A stretch of DNA of 64,000 nucleotides from an uncultured Bacillales bacterium. Its GTDB lineage: Bacteria; Bacillota; Bacilli; Bacillales; UBA6769. The first letter of the stretch is position 1, and every line of letters begins with the position of its first letter. Positions 19,875-33,373 of the stretch are shown one piece after another. The notes below the pieces were generated by a model that was not told the origin of the DNA, did no database searches, and saw only the letters and a program-made list of their open reading frames with translations. The stretch is taken from the NCBI GenBank assembly GCA_937983115.1, contig CALKAO010000112.1, forward strand, positions 16,902 through 80,901, in the 5' to 3' direction. The translations under genes and the position numbers were made by a program.

Positions 19875-20414
19875 TTATTTTTGAAATGGCATGCCGAGTT
19901 CTGCCAGCAATTCGCGAGCTTCTTCATCCGTTTTTGCTGTTGTAACGATGACAACATCCATGCCGCGAACTTTGTTTACCTTATCAAACTCAATTTCAGG
20001 AAAAATCAATTGCTCTTTTATCCCAAGCGTATAGTTCCCTCTTCCGTCAAACGCTTTTTTCGATACCCCGCGAAAATCACGCACACGTGGAAGTGCAACC
20101 GAGATTAATTTATCTAAAAAGTGATACATGCGATCACCGCGCAAAGTGACTTTCGCACCGATTGGCATTCCTTCACGGAGTTTAAATCCGGCGATTGATT
20201 TCTTCGCTCGAGTCACCAGCGGTTTTTGACCCGTAATCGCCATCAATTCTTCAACTGCGCTGTCGAGAACTTTTGGGTTTTGAACAGCATCGCCAACTCC
20301 CATGTTTACGACAATTTTTTCAATTTTTGGCACTTCCATGACGGAACGGTAATTAAATTTTTGCATTAGTGATTTAACGATCTCATTTTTATATTTCTCT
20401 TTTAAACGATTCAA
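19875..20414 (-). CDS. rplE: 50S ribosomal protein L5
   Basis: 179 aa, [22 protein letters not shown]. Confidence 0.96.
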   Translation of the reverse strand: MNRLKEKYKNEIVKSLMQKFNYRSVMEVPKIEKIVVNMGVGDAVQNPKVLDSAVEELMAITGQKPLVTRAKKSIAGFKLREGMPIGAKVTLRGDRMYHFLDKLISVALPRVRDFRGVSKKAFDGRGNYTLGIKEQLIFPEIEFDKVNKVRGMDVVIVTTAKTDEEARELLAELGMPFQK

Positions 20415-20442
20415 CGAGAGTACCTCCTTTCCTGCGCTGCTC

Positions 20443-20751
20443 CTAATCTAACGGTTTGCCAGATTTTTTCGCAATCCGAATTTTTTTCCCATTCTCAAAA
20501 CGGTATCCAACGCGAGTCGGTTCATTCGTTTCTGGGTCAAGCGGCATAACATTTGAAACATGAATCGGCGCTTCCATTTCAACGATGCCGCCTTGCGGGT
20601 TTGCTTGTGAAGGCTTCGAATGTTTCTTAACGATATTCACACCTTCAACGATGACTCGCTCTTTTTTCGGAAATGCTTGAAGAATCACACCTTGTTTGCC
20701 TTTATCTTTGCCAGAGATGACCTGGACTTTATCTCCTTTTTTAACGTGCAT
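20443..20751 (-). CDS. rplX: 50S ribosomal protein L24
   Basis: 102 aa from ATG 20751 (AAGGAGGTG upstream): [21 protein letters not shown]. Confidence 0.95.
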   Translation of the reverse strand: MHVKKGDKVQVISGKDKGKQGVILQAFPKKERVIVEGVNIVKKHSKPSQANPQGGIVEMEAPIHVSNVMPLDPETNEPTRVGYRFENGKKIRIAKKSGKPLD

Positions 20752-20819
20752 AACGATCTGCACCTCCTTAAGCCAAGAAACTGCTCTATTGTTTATCCGT
20801 AAATCACTCATGCAATCGC

Positions 20820-21188
20820 TTATAGCACTTCAGGCGCCAATGAAATTATTTTCATATATTGATGATCGCGAAGTTCGCGTGCAACCGGACCAAAAATACG
20901 CGTCCCGCGCGGGCTTTTATCATCGCGAATAATAACAGCTGCATTTTCATCAAAACGGATATAGGATCCATCGCTGCGGCGAACGCCGCTTTTTGTCCGA
21001 ACGACAACGGCGCGAACGACATCGCCTTTTTTGACAACGCCACCGGGTGTTGCCTCTTTGACTGAAGCGACAATGACGTCTCCGATGTTTGCGAATTTGC
21101 GACCAGAGCCGCCGAGCACTTTGATGCACTGGATTTCACGCGCACCTGAGTTATCAGCGACTTTGAGGCGAGTTTCCTGCTGAATCAT
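20820..21188 (-). CDS. rplN: 50S ribosomal protein L14
   Basis: 122 aa, [28 protein letters not shown]. Confidence 0.96.
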   Translation of the reverse strand: MIQQETRLKVADNSGAREIQCIKVLGGSGRKFANIGDVIVASVKEATPGGVVKKGDVVRAVVVRTKSGVRRSDGSYIRFDENAAVIIRDDKSPRGTRIFGPVARELRDHQYMKIISLAPEVL

Positions 21189-21217
21189 TTGCCGAACCTC
21201 CTTCCAATCTCAACTCG

Positions 21218-21481
21218 TTACACGACAACAGATTCTTCTACGATTTCAACAAGGCGAAAATATTTATCTTTTGAGAGCGGGCGAGTTTCCATGATTTTTA
21301 CGATGTCGCCAACTTTGGCGCGATTGTCTTCATCATGAACTTTGTATTTTTTTGAATATTTCACGCGCTTCCCATAGAGCCGATCTTTTTTATACGTTTC
21401 TACAACGACCGTGATCGTTTTATCCATTTTGTCTGATACAACGCGTCCAGTGTAAACTTTGCGATTATTGCGTTCGCTCAT
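21218..21481 (-). CDS. rpsQ: 30S ribosomal protein S17
   Basis: 87 aa, [25 protein letters not shown]. Confidence 0.95.
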   Translation of the reverse strand: MSERNNRKVYTGRVVSDKMDKTITVVVETYKKDRLYGKRVKYSKKYKVHDEDNRAKVGDIVKIMETRPLSKDKYFRLVEIVEESVVV

Positions 21482-21500
21482 TGCTCATGACCTCCTCTCA

Positions 21501-21704
21501 TTATCCGTTGTTTATTCCAAGTTCCCTTTCACGCAAAACGGTTTTCGTACGGGCAATTGCTTTACGGACTTCACGAATGCGGGCTGGATTTTCCAATTGG
21601 CCTGTTGCAAGCTGAAAACGCAAATTGAACAACTCTTCTTTCAGTTCTTTAATCTGCTGTTCAATTTCCGCGTTTGTCATATTGCGGATTTCGCTTGTTT
21701 TCAT
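21501..21704 (-). CDS. rpmC: 50S ribosomal protein L29
   Basis: 67 aa, ...[20 protein letters not shown]. Confidence 0.94.
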   Translation of the reverse strand: MKTSEIRNMTNAEIEQQIKELKEELFNLRFQLATGQLENPARIREVRKAIARTKTVLRERELGINNG

Positions 21705-22129
21705 TCTGAGTCACCACCCCATTCTTCTCGTTTGACAAACTTCGTCTTAATCGGAAGTTTATGAGAGGCGAGTCGCAATGCTTCCCGAGCGACTTTTTCA
21801 GAAACACCGGCTACTTCAAACATGATTTTACCTGGCTTGACAACGGCAACCCATCCTTCAGGCGCACCTTTACCAGAACCCATTCTTACCTCTAATGGCT
21901 TCGCTGTATACGGCTTGGAAGGAAAAATTTTAATCCATACTTTTCCGCCGCGTTTCATAAAACGCGTCATGGCAATTCTCGCTGCTTCGATTTGCCGGTT
22001 TGTAATCCAAGCCGGTTCAAGTGCTTGCAAACCGTATTCTCCAAAAGTGATTTCAGTTCCGCCTTTTGCATTGCCTTTCATGCGGCCGCGAAATTCTTTG
22101 CGATGTTTTACACGTCTTGGCATTAACAT
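21701..22129 (-). CDS. rplP: 50S ribosomal protein L16
   Basis: 142 aa, [19 protein letters not shown]. Confidence 0.96.
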   Translation of the reverse strand: MLMPRRVKHRKEFRGRMKGNAKGGTEITFGEYGLQALEPAWITNRQIEAARIAMTRFMKRGGKVWIKIFPSKPYTAKPLEVRMGSGKGAPEGWVAVVKPGKIMFEVAGVSEKVAREALRLASHKLPIKTKFVKREEWGGDSE

Positions 22130-22131
22130 GA

Positions 22132-22791
22132 TTATTTGCCTCCTTCCTCTTTTTTCGAACCTTTGGCTGGAAGGATTTCACCACGATAAATCCAGATTTT
22201 TACGCCGAGCTTGCCGTAAGTAGTATCCGCTTCGGCCGTGCCGTAATCAATATCAGCACGCAGCGTATGAAGTGGCACTGTTCCTTCACTGTATGATTCC
22301 GAACGAGCAATATCTGCTCCATTTAGCCGGCCTGATACTTCTGTGCGAATGCCTTTCGCACCTGCGCGCATTGCACGTTGAATCGCTTGTTTCATTGCGC
22401 GTCTGAAAGCCACGCGATTTTCCAATTGCGTTGCAATGTTTTCCGCCACAAGTTTTGCGTTCAAATCAGGTGTTTTGATCTCAAAAATATTCACATGCAC
22501 ACGTTTCCCTGTCAATTTGCTCAACGCTTTGCGCAGGGATTCAACTTCAGAACCGCCTTTGCCGATGACCATGCCAGGTTTTGCCGTTCGAATGGTGATG
22601 TTTACTCGATTTGCAGCCCGTTCAATTTCAATGCCTGCAACCGCTGCATCTTTAAGACGCTGTTCAATGTATTCACGAATTTTGATGTCCTCATGCAGTA
22701 GATCTGCATAGTCTTTTTCTGCATACCATCTTGATTCCCAATCGCGATTGATTCCGATTCGCAATCCAATTGGGTTTACCTTTTGACCCAC
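22132..22791 (-). CDS. rpsC: 30S ribosomal protein S3
   Basis: 219 aa, [24 protein letters not shown]. Confidence 0.96.
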   Translation of the reverse strand: MGQKVNPIGLRIGINRDWESRWYAEKDYADLLHEDIKIREYIEQRLKDAAVAGIEIERAANRVNITIRTAKPGMVIGKGGSEVESLRKALSKLTGKRVHVNIFEIKTPDLNAKLVAENIATQLENRVAFRRAMKQAIQRAMRAGAKGIRTEVSGRLNGADIARSESYSEGTVPLHTLRADIDYGTAEADTTYGKLGVKIWIYRGEILPAKGSKKEEGGK

Positions 22792-22794
22792 GCA

Positions 22795-23136
22795 CTATCC
22801 CTCCTTCTTTTCTGATACAACGACCGTGATATGGCTCGTTCTTTTATTGATTCTGCTTGCACGTCCCTGTGCGCGGGGACGAAATCGTTTAAGCGTAATC
22901 CCTTCATCAACATACGCTTCGCTAATGACGAGATTGTCAGGATCCATTTCATAATTATGTTCAGCATTCGCAATCGCTGATTTCAACACTTTTTCCACTA
23001 TGGGAGAAGCTGCTTTTGGCGTATGGCGCAAGATCGCAATTGCTTCGCCGACTTCTTTGCCTCGAATTAAATCGACGACGAGGCGCGCCTTGCGAGGTGC
23101 AATGCGGACTTGTTTTGCAACAGCTTTTGCTTGCAT
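22795..23136 (-). CDS. rplV: 50S ribosomal protein L22
   Basis: 113 aa, [27 protein letters not shown]. Confidence 0.96.
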   Translation of the reverse strand: MQAKAVAKQVRIAPRKARLVVDLIRGKEVGEAIAILRHTPKAASPIVEKVLKSAIANAEHNYEMDPDNLVISEAYVDEGITLKRFRPRAQGRASRINKRTSHITVVVSEKKEG

Positions 23137-23162
23137 TGGATGATACCTCCCCTCAAATTAAC

Positions 23163-23441
23163 TTAACGTCTGGTTTTTTTGTCGTCTCCTGCATGGCCTC
23201 GAAACGTTCGTGTAGGCGCAAATTCACCGAGTTTGTGGCCGACCATGTCTTCTGTAATGTAAACTGGAACATGTTTTCTTCCGTCATGAACAGCAATGGT
23301 ATGGCCAACAAATTCCGGGAAAATCGTTGAACGGCGCGACCATGTTTTAATGACCTTCTTTTCATTTTTTTCATTGAGCGCAACGATTTTTTTCATCAAA
23401 TGATCATCAACGAAAGGTCCTTTTTTCAAACTGCGACCCAC
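23163..23441 (-). CDS. rpsS: 30S ribosomal protein S19
   Basis: 92 aa from GTG 23441 (AAGGGAGGAA upstream): (M)[17 protein letters not shown]. Confidence 0.95.
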   Translation of the reverse strand: MGRSLKKGPFVDDHLMKKIVALNEKNEKKVIKTWSRRSTIFPEFVGHTIAVHDGRKHVPVYITEDMVGHKLGEFAPTRTFRGHAGDDKKTRR

Positions 23442-23501
23442 GGCATTTCCTCCCTTCGCGATTGTTCTGCTGCGGTTCTGATGAACCATAGGCCAATCAA
23501 A

Positions 23502-24332
23502 CTATTTTTTACGGCGTCGCACAATATATTTATCCGAGCTTTTGTTCTTTTTGCGTGTTTTGTAGCCAAGTGTCGGCTTGCCCCACGGAGTGACCGGCGA
23601 CTTCAATCCAATTGGCGCACGGCCTTCACCGCCGCCATGCGGGTGATCCACTGGATTCATTACTGAGCCTCGTACAGCAGGGCGTTTTCCAAGCCAGCGT
23701 GAACGGCCTGCTTTTCCGATGTTAATCAATTCATGTTCAACATTCCCAACTTGGCCGATCGTCGCACGGCAAGTGGCGAGAATGAGTCTTGTTTCACCTG
23801 ATGCCAGTTTAACAAGAGCATATTTGCCTTCTTTTCCAAGCAGCTGCGCTTCTGCTCCCGCTGAACGCACAAGCTGCCCTCCGCGTCCTGGCTTTAATTC
23901 AATGTTGTGAATGGTTTGCCCCACCGGTATATTTGCAAGCGGCAGCGCATTTCCAATTTTAATGTCTGCATCTGGGCCAGACATGATCTCCATGCCAACT
24001 TTTAATCCTTTGGGCGCAAGAATGTAGCGTTTTTCACCGTCTGCATAATGAATGAGCGCAATGTTTGCTGTTCGATTTGGATCGTATTCAATTGAGGCAA
24101 CGCGCCCTGGTATACCATCTTTGTTGCGTTTAAAATCAATGATGCGGTATTGGCGTTTATGGCCGCCGCCTTTGTGACGCGTCGTTATTCTTCCTTGATT
24201 GTTGCGGCCCGCTTTTTTATTTAAAGGGGCGAGCAATGACTTTTCCGGTTTGTCGGTTGTAATTTCGCTGAAATCCAATCCTGTCATGCCGCGACGGGCA
24301 TTTGACGTCGGTTTGTATTTTTTAATAGCCAT
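23502..24332 (-). CDS. rplB: 50S ribosomal protein L2
   Basis: 276 aa, [17 protein letters not shown]...[14 protein letters not shown]. Confidence 0.97.
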   Translation of the reverse strand: MAIKKYKPTSNARRGMTGLDFSEITTDKPEKSLLAPLNKKAGRNNQGRITTRHKGGGHKRQYRIIDFKRNKDGIPGRVASIEYDPNRTANIALIHYADGEKRYILAPKGLKVGMEIMSGPDADIKIGNALPLANIPVGQTIHNIELKPGRGGQLVRSAGAEAQLLGKEGKYALVKLASGETRLILATCRATIGQVGNVEHELINIGKAGRSRWLGKRPAVRGSVMNPVDHPHGGGEGRAPIGLKSPVTPWGKPTLGYKTRKKNKSSDKYIVRRRKK

Positions 24333-24359
24333 CTCATTTTCCCTCCTTCTCTAAAATGG

Positions 24360-24647
24360 TTAAACTCCGTCAAAAAAGTCAATTTCTTTACTATCAGGAG
24401 TTAGTTGAACGATGGCTTTTTTGCGCTTTGGTCGATATCCTGAATAACGGCCAAAACGTCTAAATTTGCCTTTGTAATTCATTGTGTTTACTTTTTTTAC
24501 TTTGACTCCAAAAATTTCTTCAACCGCGCTTTTGATTTCTGTTTTATTCGCGCGCGGGTCAACTTCAAATGTATATTTCTTTTCGTCCATCGTTTCCATT
24601 GAACGTTCTGTAATGACGGGGCGCTTAATAATATCGCGTGCGTCCAT
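24360..24647 (-). CDS. rplW: 50S ribosomal protein L23
   Basis: 95 aa, [16 protein letters not shown]. Confidence 0.95.
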   Translation of the reverse strand: MDARDIIKRPVITERSMETMDEKKYTFEVDPRANKTEIKSAVEEIFGVKVKKVNTMNYKGKFRRFGRYSGYRPKRKKAIVQLTPDSKEIDFFDGV

Positions 24648-25270
24648 TACGCCAGCACCTCCTCTACCTTTTCAGCCGCATCCTTTGTCATAATCAGCTT
24701 ATCGTGGCCTAAAATATCAAGGACTTTAACGTCTGACGCAGTTTTTACAGTCACACCAGGAATGTTGCGGGCGGAGAGAACAACTGCATCGTCGTATTCA
24801 TGCATCACGATAAGCGCTTTTTTGTCAGCTTCCAAGTTATTTAGAATGGCAGCCATTTCTTTTGTTTTTGGCGCTTCAATAGTTAAAGCGTCAACGACGA
24901 TTAGATTGTTTTCTTTTACTTTCGTCGAATAGGCTGATTTTAGTGCAAGCCTGCGCACTTTTTTCGGCAATTTGTATCGATAATTGCGAGGAGTCGGACC
25001 AAATACAACTCCGCCGCCAACCCATTGTGGAGAACGGATTGATCCATGGCGCGCCCGTCCAGTGCCTTTTTGCCTCCATGGCTTGCGGCCTCCACCGGAA
25101 ACTTCGGAACGATTTTTCGTTGCATGTGTCCCTTGTCTTTTTGATGCTTGCTGCATCACAACAACTTCATGAAGAACGTGATTGTTCGGCTCGATTCCAA
25201 AGACATCATCAGACAGTTCAATGTCTCCTACTTGCGAGCCTTCTTGATTTACTAGAGTTAGCTTAGGCAT
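24647..25270 (-). CDS. rplD: 50S ribosomal protein L4
   Basis: 207 aa, ...[29 protein letters not shown]. Confidence 0.96.
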   Translation of the reverse strand: MPKLTLVNQEGSQVGDIELSDDVFGIEPNNHVLHEVVVMQQASKRQGTHATKNRSEVSGGGRKPWRQKGTGRARHGSIRSPQWVGGGVVFGPTPRNYRYKLPKKVRRLALKSAYSTKVKENNLIVVDALTIEAPKTKEMAAILNNLEADKKALIVMHEYDDAVVLSARNIPGVTVKTASDVKVLDILGHDKLIMTKDAAEKVEEVLA

Positions 25271-25287
25271 CGAATAAGCCTCCTTTC

Positions 25288-25923
25288 TTATTGAGCATTT
25301 GCTGCTTTGATTGCAGAACGAATTGTAACGTAGCCTTTTTTCGGACCAGGCACGTTCCCTTTTATAAGAATTAAATTGCGTTCGGCGTCAATTTTCACAA
25401 TTTCAAGGTTTTGCAGTGTCGTCCGTTTTCCGCCCATGCGGCCTGGCAATTTTTTGCCTTTGAAAACATGGCCTGGATCAACCGGACCCATGGAACCTGG
25501 ACCGCGATGATAACGCGAGCCGTGGCTCATTGGACCACGCGACTGGTTATGCCGCTTGATCGCGCCTTGAAATCCTTTCCCTTTTGAAATGCCGGTAACG
25601 TCAACCTTTTCGCCTTCATTAAAGACATCGACTTTAATTTCCTGGCCGACTTCATATTCGTCTAAATTTACACCGCGTATTTCTCTAACGTAGCGCTTAG
25701 GTGTTGTGCCTGCTTTTTCAGCGTGGCCTTTCTCAGGTTTTGTCGCGCGATTTTCCTTTTTATCCTCAACTCCAATTTGAATGGCTTCATAGCCGTCCGT
25801 TTCCATTGTTTTCTTTTGCAGAACAACATTTGGCTTGGCTTCGATCACCGTTACAGGAACGACATCGCCATTTTCCAAAAATATTTGCGTCATGCCAAGC
25901 TTTCTGCCTAAGATTCCTTTCAT
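25288..25923 (-). CDS. rplC: 50S ribosomal protein L3
   Basis: From ATG 25923 (GGAGGTG upstream): [15 protein letters not shown]. Confidence 0.96.
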   Translation of the reverse strand: MKGILGRKLGMTQIFLENGDVVPVTVIEAKPNVVLQKKTMETDGYEAIQIGVEDKKENRATKPEKGHAEKAGTTPKRYVREIRGVNLDEYEVGQEIKVDVFNEGEKVDVTGISKGKGFQGAIKRHNQSRGPMSHGSRYHRGPGSMGPVDPGHVFKGKKLPGRMGGKRTTLQNLEIVKIDAERNLILIKGNVPGPKKGYVTIRSAIKAANAQ

Positions 25924-25947
25924 TCTTTCCACCTCCTAATTCCCGCA

Positions 25948-26301
<354 letters not shown>

Positions 26302-26439
26302 TTATTCGTCATTGGCCATATGCGAATGAACATCATAGACAATTCTCCGCGGAAATTTCCTACACACCGCCCATGGCAAAGGGGCCGGGCGTGTCAGCAA
26401 CCTCCCGCTTCATCGCCAGTACAATGACCAACATTCAAC

Positions 26440-26468
26440 ATTATAATGAAATTATTCTTCATTTGCAA
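26440..26468 (-). promoter_or_regulatory. Sigma-A promoter of the S10 operon
   Basis: TTGCAA (26468..26463), 17-nt spacer, TATAAT (26445..26440). A ~180-nt GC-rich leader follows. Confidence 0.6.
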
Positions 26469-26662
26469 GGCTTCTTTTTTAGATGAAATTCGCTTGCAAG
26501 TTTCGCCAAAAATTTTAATCGTCAAAATCAAACCATGTTATAAGCTTACATGTCTGCAGCAGCCATTTTTGAGGGTTTGATGATCGATTCTTGCGATGCG
26601 ATTTTCGCAAGCCTGCATGACAAATTGAGTTTATAAGTAAAAAATCTATATCGAGTGCAGGT

Positions 26663-27661
26663 TTACAAGAAAACATTCAAAATGAAATAGAAAATGCCAG
26701 CCAAAAGCGCAGAGATCGGAAGCGTGCTGATCCACGTTAATATCATGTTTTGCGCTGTTCCCCATTTAACTCCTTTGATGCGGTGAGATGCACCGACTCC
26801 TAAGATCGAAGATGAGATGACATGTGTTGTACTGACAGGCATGTGCAAAACCGTTGCCCCTAGAATAACCCCGGCTCCAGTCAAATCGGCTGCAACACCA
26901 TTAACAGGCCGGATTTTAATAATTTTCGCGCCGACTGTTTTTATTATTTTCCAGCCGCCCATCGCGGTGCCTAAAGCCATAGCCAGCGCACATATAAATT
27001 GCACCCACGTTTGAATTTCATTCGTTGACTGATACTGGTTTACGATGAGCGCCATCGTAATAATGCCCATTGCTTTTTGGGCATCATTCGTTCCATGCGA
27101 GTAAGCTTGAAAAGCTGCAGTGACAATCTGGACTCTGCGAAATCTTTTATTTGTTTTCGATAAATTGCTGTTTTTAAACACAACTTTAAACACACTGTAA
27201 ACGATATACCCAACAATAAAAGCGATAACAGGAGAAAAAATGAGCGCTTTAATAATATTTAAAAATCCGCTGTAATTTAAAGAATGAAAACCGGCTGCAG
27301 CAATCGCAGCGCCTGCGATTGAACCGATAAGCGCATGTGATGAACTGCTTGGTATCCCGTAATACCACGTAATTAAATTCCATGCAATCGCTGCAAGCAG
27401 TGCAGCGATAATCACAACGTTGCCATTATCTAATGTAAATGGATCAACAATATCTTTCGTAATGGTCTTCGCAACACCTGTAAATGTCATTGCGCCAACA
27501 AAATTCATCACTGAAGCTAAAAGAATCGCTTGGCGCGGACGCAGCGCTTTCGAAGAAACGGATGTGGCAATCGCATTTGCTGTATCATGAAACCCGTTGA
27601 TGAAATCAAAAACAATTGCTAAAACAACGATTGTAAACGTCAATAGAAATACCAAATCCAT
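26663..27661 (-). CDS. pit: Inorganic phosphate transporter, PiT family
   Basis: 332 aa, multi-TM, with the duplicated PiT motifs GFHDTANAIATS and HGTNDAQKAMG. Confidence 0.88.
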   Translation of the reverse strand: MDLVFLLTFTIVVLAIVFDFINGFHDTANAIATSVSSKALRPRQAILLASVMNFVGAMTFTGVAKTITKDIVDPFTLDNGNVVIIAALLAAIAWNLITWYYGIPSSSSHALIGSIAGAAIAAAGFHSLNYSGFLNIIKALIFSPVIAFIVGYIVYSVFKVVFKNSNLSKTNKRFRRVQIVTAAFQAYSHGTNDAQKAMGIITMALIVNQYQSTNEIQTWVQFICALAMALGTAMGGWKIIKTVGAKIIKIRPVNGVAADLTGAGVILGATVLHMPVSTTHVISSSILGVGASHRIKGVKWGTAQNMILTWISTLPISALLAGIFYFILNVFL

Positions 27662-27676
27662 TTATGAGCTGGCTCC

Positions 27677-28294
27677 TTACGCATTTTTCATGATAATGGC
27701 TTCAAAAGTGTTGGCAACGTTTTGACAACAGTCTGCAATATGCTCAAATTCTTCATAAATTTCTTTGAACTGAATAATGCGAATCGGGTCTTTTTCGGCT
27801 TCGAATAAATGTTTAATGGATACCCGATAAATTTCATCGCATGTCGATTCGTAATCTTTGATGGTAATTGCGTGTTCGCGTATGTCCACCAGTTTCTTTT
27901 TTGACAGCAATGCAACGGCTTTTACGATTTCATCAACAGCCGTTTTAATAACTTCAATAAACTGGAGCATATAATTGTCAAATTTCTTAATCGAAAACAT
28001 TTCAAAAAATGCAGCCGTATGCTCTAGACCGTCCAATACATCATCCATGTTCATCGCAAGCGCCAAAATATCTTCTCTTTCAATTGGAGTTATAAATACA
28101 GCGTTCAAATCTTGAATCACTTGATGAACAATCTCGTCTCCTTTTTTTTCGTACTCCTTCATTTTATTGGCAAAAACTTTTAAGCTTTTGCTGTCTGCTG
28201 CTTCAAACTTCATAAAATAATCCGCCGCTTCCAATAAATTATCCGCGATGTTATGTAAGTGGATCGAAAACTTGTCTTCTTTTTTAAAAATCAT
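27677..28294 (-). CDS. DUF47 / PhoU-like protein, usual partner of PiT (YkaA-like)
   Basis: 205 aa, all-helical and acidic. It lies immediately upstream of pit, like ykaA-pit in B. subtilis. Confidence 0.75.
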   Translation of the reverse strand: MIFKKEDKFSIHLHNIADNLLEAADYFMKFEAADSKSLKVFANKMKEYEKKGDEIVHQVIQDLNAVFITPIEREDILALAMNMDDVLDGLEHTAAFFEMFSIKKFDNYMLQFIEVIKTAVDEIVKAVALLSKKKLVDIREHAITIKDYESTCDEIYRVSIKHLFEAEKDPIRIIQFKEIYEEFEHIADCCQNVANTFEAIIMKNA

Positions 28295-28411
28295 TTGCTA
28301 GCTCCCACCCCATATTTTTTGACGCATTTATCATACCCCATTTCACCGAATAAATATAGTAATATAATGTGGCAAATGTAACAACTTTTTCAATTAATCA
28401 TCCGTAAAAAT

Positions 28412-28446
28412 AAAAAATGAGTCCAATCAGATGGACTCATTTTTTT
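28412..28446 (-). terminator. Bidirectional Rho-independent terminator after tuf
   Basis: 9-bp perfect stem ATGAGTCCA/TGGACTCAT flanked by an A-run and a T-run, 10 nt after the tuf stop. Confidence 0.8.
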
Positions 28447-28455
28447 ATCAATCAA

Positions 28456-29646
28456 TTAATCAAGAATTTCAGAAACGACGCCAGCGCCAACCGTACGTCC
28501 GCCTTCGCGAATGGAAAACTTCGTTCCTTGCTCAATTGCAATTGGAGCAATCAATTCCACACTCATTTCAACGTTGTCGCCAGGCATAACCATTTCTACG
28601 CCTTCTGGAAGTGTAATTGTGCCTGTAACATCAGTTGTGCGGAAATAGAATTGCGGACGATAGTTTGAGAAAAACGGTGTATGGCGGCCGCCTTCTTCTT
28701 TTGAAAGAACGTAAACTTCAGCTCTAAATTTCGTATGGGCGGTTACAGTTCCAGGTTCAATCAACACTTGGCCGCGCTGCACTTCCTCACGAGAAATGCC
28801 GCGAAGCAATGCGCCGATATTATCGCCGGCTTCTGCATAATCGAGAAGTTTGCGGAACATTTCTACACCTGTAACTGTCGTTTTTTGCGGTTCGTCAACA
28901 AGGCCTAAAATCTCAACTTCGTCGCCGACTTTGACTTGCCCTCGTTCAACGCGTCCTGTTGCAACCGTTCCGCGGCCAGTAATGGAAAAGACGTCCTCAA
29001 CCGGCATCATAAATGGTTTGTCAACATCACGCTCTGGTGTTGGAATGTATTCATCGACGGCTTCCATAAGCTCGATGATGCGATCTGGCCAATCTCCTTC
29101 GCCTTCAAGCGCTTTAAGCGCTGAACCTCTAATGACAGGAATATCGTCGCCAGGAAACTCGTATTCGCTCAAGAGTTCGCGAACTTCCATTTCAACGAGC
29201 TCGAGCAGCTCTTCATCATCAACCATGTCGCATTTGTTCAAGAAGACGACGATGTAAGGAACACCGACTTGGCGCGAAAGCAAAATGTGCTCGCGTGTTT
29301 GCGGCATTGGACCGTCCGCTGCAGATACAACAAGAATTGCACCGTCCATTTGCGCAGCACCAGTGATCATGTTTTTAACATAGTCTGCGTGTCCTGGGCA
29401 GTCTACGTGTGCATAGTGGCGGTTTTCTGTTTCATATTCAACGTGAGATGTTGCGATCGTAATGCCGCGCTCACGCTCTTCAGGCGCGCCGTCGATTTGT
29501 TCGTAAGCCATTGCGTCGCCAGAGCCGTATTTTTTGCTGAGGACAGTTGTAATTGCGGCTGTCAATGTTGTTTTGCCATGGTCAACGTGTCCAATAGTTC
29601 CAATGTTTACGTGTGGTTTCGAACGATCAAATTTTTCTTTAGCCAT
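28456..29646 (-). CDS. tuf: Elongation factor Tu
   Basis: 396 aa; [18 protein letters not shown]. Confidence 0.98.
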   Translation of the reverse strand: MAKEKFDRSKPHVNIGTIGHVDHGKTTLTAAITTVLSKKYGSGDAMAYEQIDGAPEERERGITIATSHVEYETENRHYAHVDCPGHADYVKNMITGAAQMDGAILVVSAADGPMPQTREHILLSRQVGVPYIVVFLNKCDMVDDEELLELVEMEVRELLSEYEFPGDDIPVIRGSALKALEGEGDWPDRIIELMEAVDEYIPTPERDVDKPFMMPVEDVFSITGRGTVATGRVERGQVKVGDEVEILGLVDEPQKTTVTGVEMFRKLLDYAEAGDNIGALLRGISREEVQRGQVLIEPGTVTAHTKFRAEVYVLSKEEGGRHTPFFSNYRPQFYFRTTDVTGTITLPEGVEMVMPGDNVEMSVELIAPIAIEQGTKFSIREGGRTVGAGVVSEILD

Positions 29647-29758
29647 TTTATGAATTCCTCCTTAATCAAAGAAAAATAATTTTTTTGCATTTCATTAAGT
29701 ATATCATTGATAGACTTTTTAAGCCTATCAACAATGACATGAAATCCAATGGCGCGTT

Positions 29759-31837
<2,079 letters not shown>

Positions 31838-31879
31838 GCTTCTTTCTCCTTTCTTCTCTATTGTTAAATCACCAGTCTA

Positions 31880-32365
<486 letters not shown>

Positions 32366-32389
32366 TCATGTCAACATCGAGCATGCTGT

Positions 32390-32803
32390 TTATTCTTTTG
32401 GCTTTTTTGTTCCATATTTCGAACGGCTTTGCTTGCGATCGGTTACGCCGGCCGTATCGAGCGCGCCCCGAACAATATGGTAGCGGACGCCCGGCAAATC
32501 TTTTACACGGCCGCCACGAATCAAGACCACGCTGTGTTCTTGCAAATTGTGGCCGATGCCTGGAATATATGCCGTCACTTCGATCCCGTTTGTCAAACGG
32601 ACACGAGCATATTTGCGCAGCGCCGAATTGGGTTTTTTCGGCGTCATTGTTCCAACACGCGTGCAAACCCCTCGCTTTTGCGGCGAATTTACATCGGTCA
32701 TCACCTTTTTAAAGCTGTTGTAATTTTTATTCAAAGCCGGGGAATCTGATTTTTTCGATTTGGACTTGCGCCCTTTGCGAATTAATTGGTTGATTGTAGG
32801 CAT
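32390..32803 (-). CDS. rpsL: 30S ribosomal protein S12
   Basis: 137 aa, [12 protein letters not shown]...[10 protein letters not shown]. Confidence 0.97.
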   Translation of the reverse strand: MPTINQLIRKGRKSKSKKSDSPALNKNYNSFKKVMTDVNSPQKRGVCTRVGTMTPKKPNSALRKYARVRLTNGIEVTAYIPGIGHNLQEHSVVLIRGGRVKDLPGVRYHIVRGALDTAGVTDRKQSRSKYGTKKPKE

Positions 32804-32958
32804 TCATTCTCCTCCTTTCATGTGCTCCTTGCATAGAACCAGCTTCACGTTTTGAAAGCTCATTTATGCGCATCGTTGTGCGCAAATCTAATTCCACACA
32901 TCCAGGTGGCTCATTATTGGGAAAAAGAAAGATTTGCACAAAAGTGCGTGCAAATTTA

Positions 32959-33207
32959 TTATTTCTTTATTGCTACCGCTGCTGCTCCAACTTCTATGCC
33001 GCAAGCTTTTCCAAGCTTTTTCATCGAGTCGACTTTCGCAATGGGAACGCCGAGCTCGCCGGCAAGCTCTTTCACTTTATCCACAACACGCGGTTCAGCA
33101 TCTTCGGCGATAATCAGCTCTCGCACTTGACCATCTTGAAGAGCTTTCAATGTTTGCTTGGTCCCAACAACAATTTCTTGCGCCTGTGAAACTTTTTCAT
33201 AAGACAT
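32959..33207 (-). CDS. ybxF: L7Ae-family ribosome-associated protein (YbxF/RplGB)
   Basis: From ATG 33207 (GGAGGA upstream): [23 protein letters not shown]...[20 protein letters not shown]. Same position as B. subtilis ybxF. Confidence 0.9.
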   Translation of the reverse strand: MSYEKVSQAQEIVVGTKQTLKALQDGQVRELIIAEDAEPRVVDKVKELAGELGVPIAKVDSMKKLGKACGIEVGAAAVAIKK

Positions 33208-33247
33208 CAAATAATCCTCCAAAGCACAGGTTTCGAACCACTTTGTA

Positions 33248-33277
33248 ATAATAGCACCTATGAAGAACGTTTGTCAA
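33248..33277 (-). promoter_or_regulatory. Candidate sigma-A promoter of the ybxF-rpsL (str) operon
   Basis: TTGACA (33277..33272), 18-nt spacer, TATTAT (33253..33248). Confidence 0.5.
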
Positions 33278-33281
33278 CAAC

Positions 33282-33323
33282 AAAAATGATTCGCTTTAGA
33301 AGGCGGTTTGCACCTTCTAAAGC
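33282..33323 (-). terminator. Terminator-like hairpin after rpoC
   Basis: 11-bp stem GCTTTAGAAGG/CCTTCTAAAGC. The T5 run is displaced 6 nt downstream. Confidence 0.5.
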
Positions 33324-33373
33324 GAGCGCCAAACGCAATTGCTTTAAAAGCTGCGATTCCATGAAACGCTTCC

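Noticed and set aside
28850-29257. 135-aa Ser-rich plus-strand ORF and similar antisense ORFs inside tuf, fusA, rpoB, rpoC, radA and clpC
   Set aside because: All lie fully inside strongly supported minus-strand genes and have biased shadow-frame composition.
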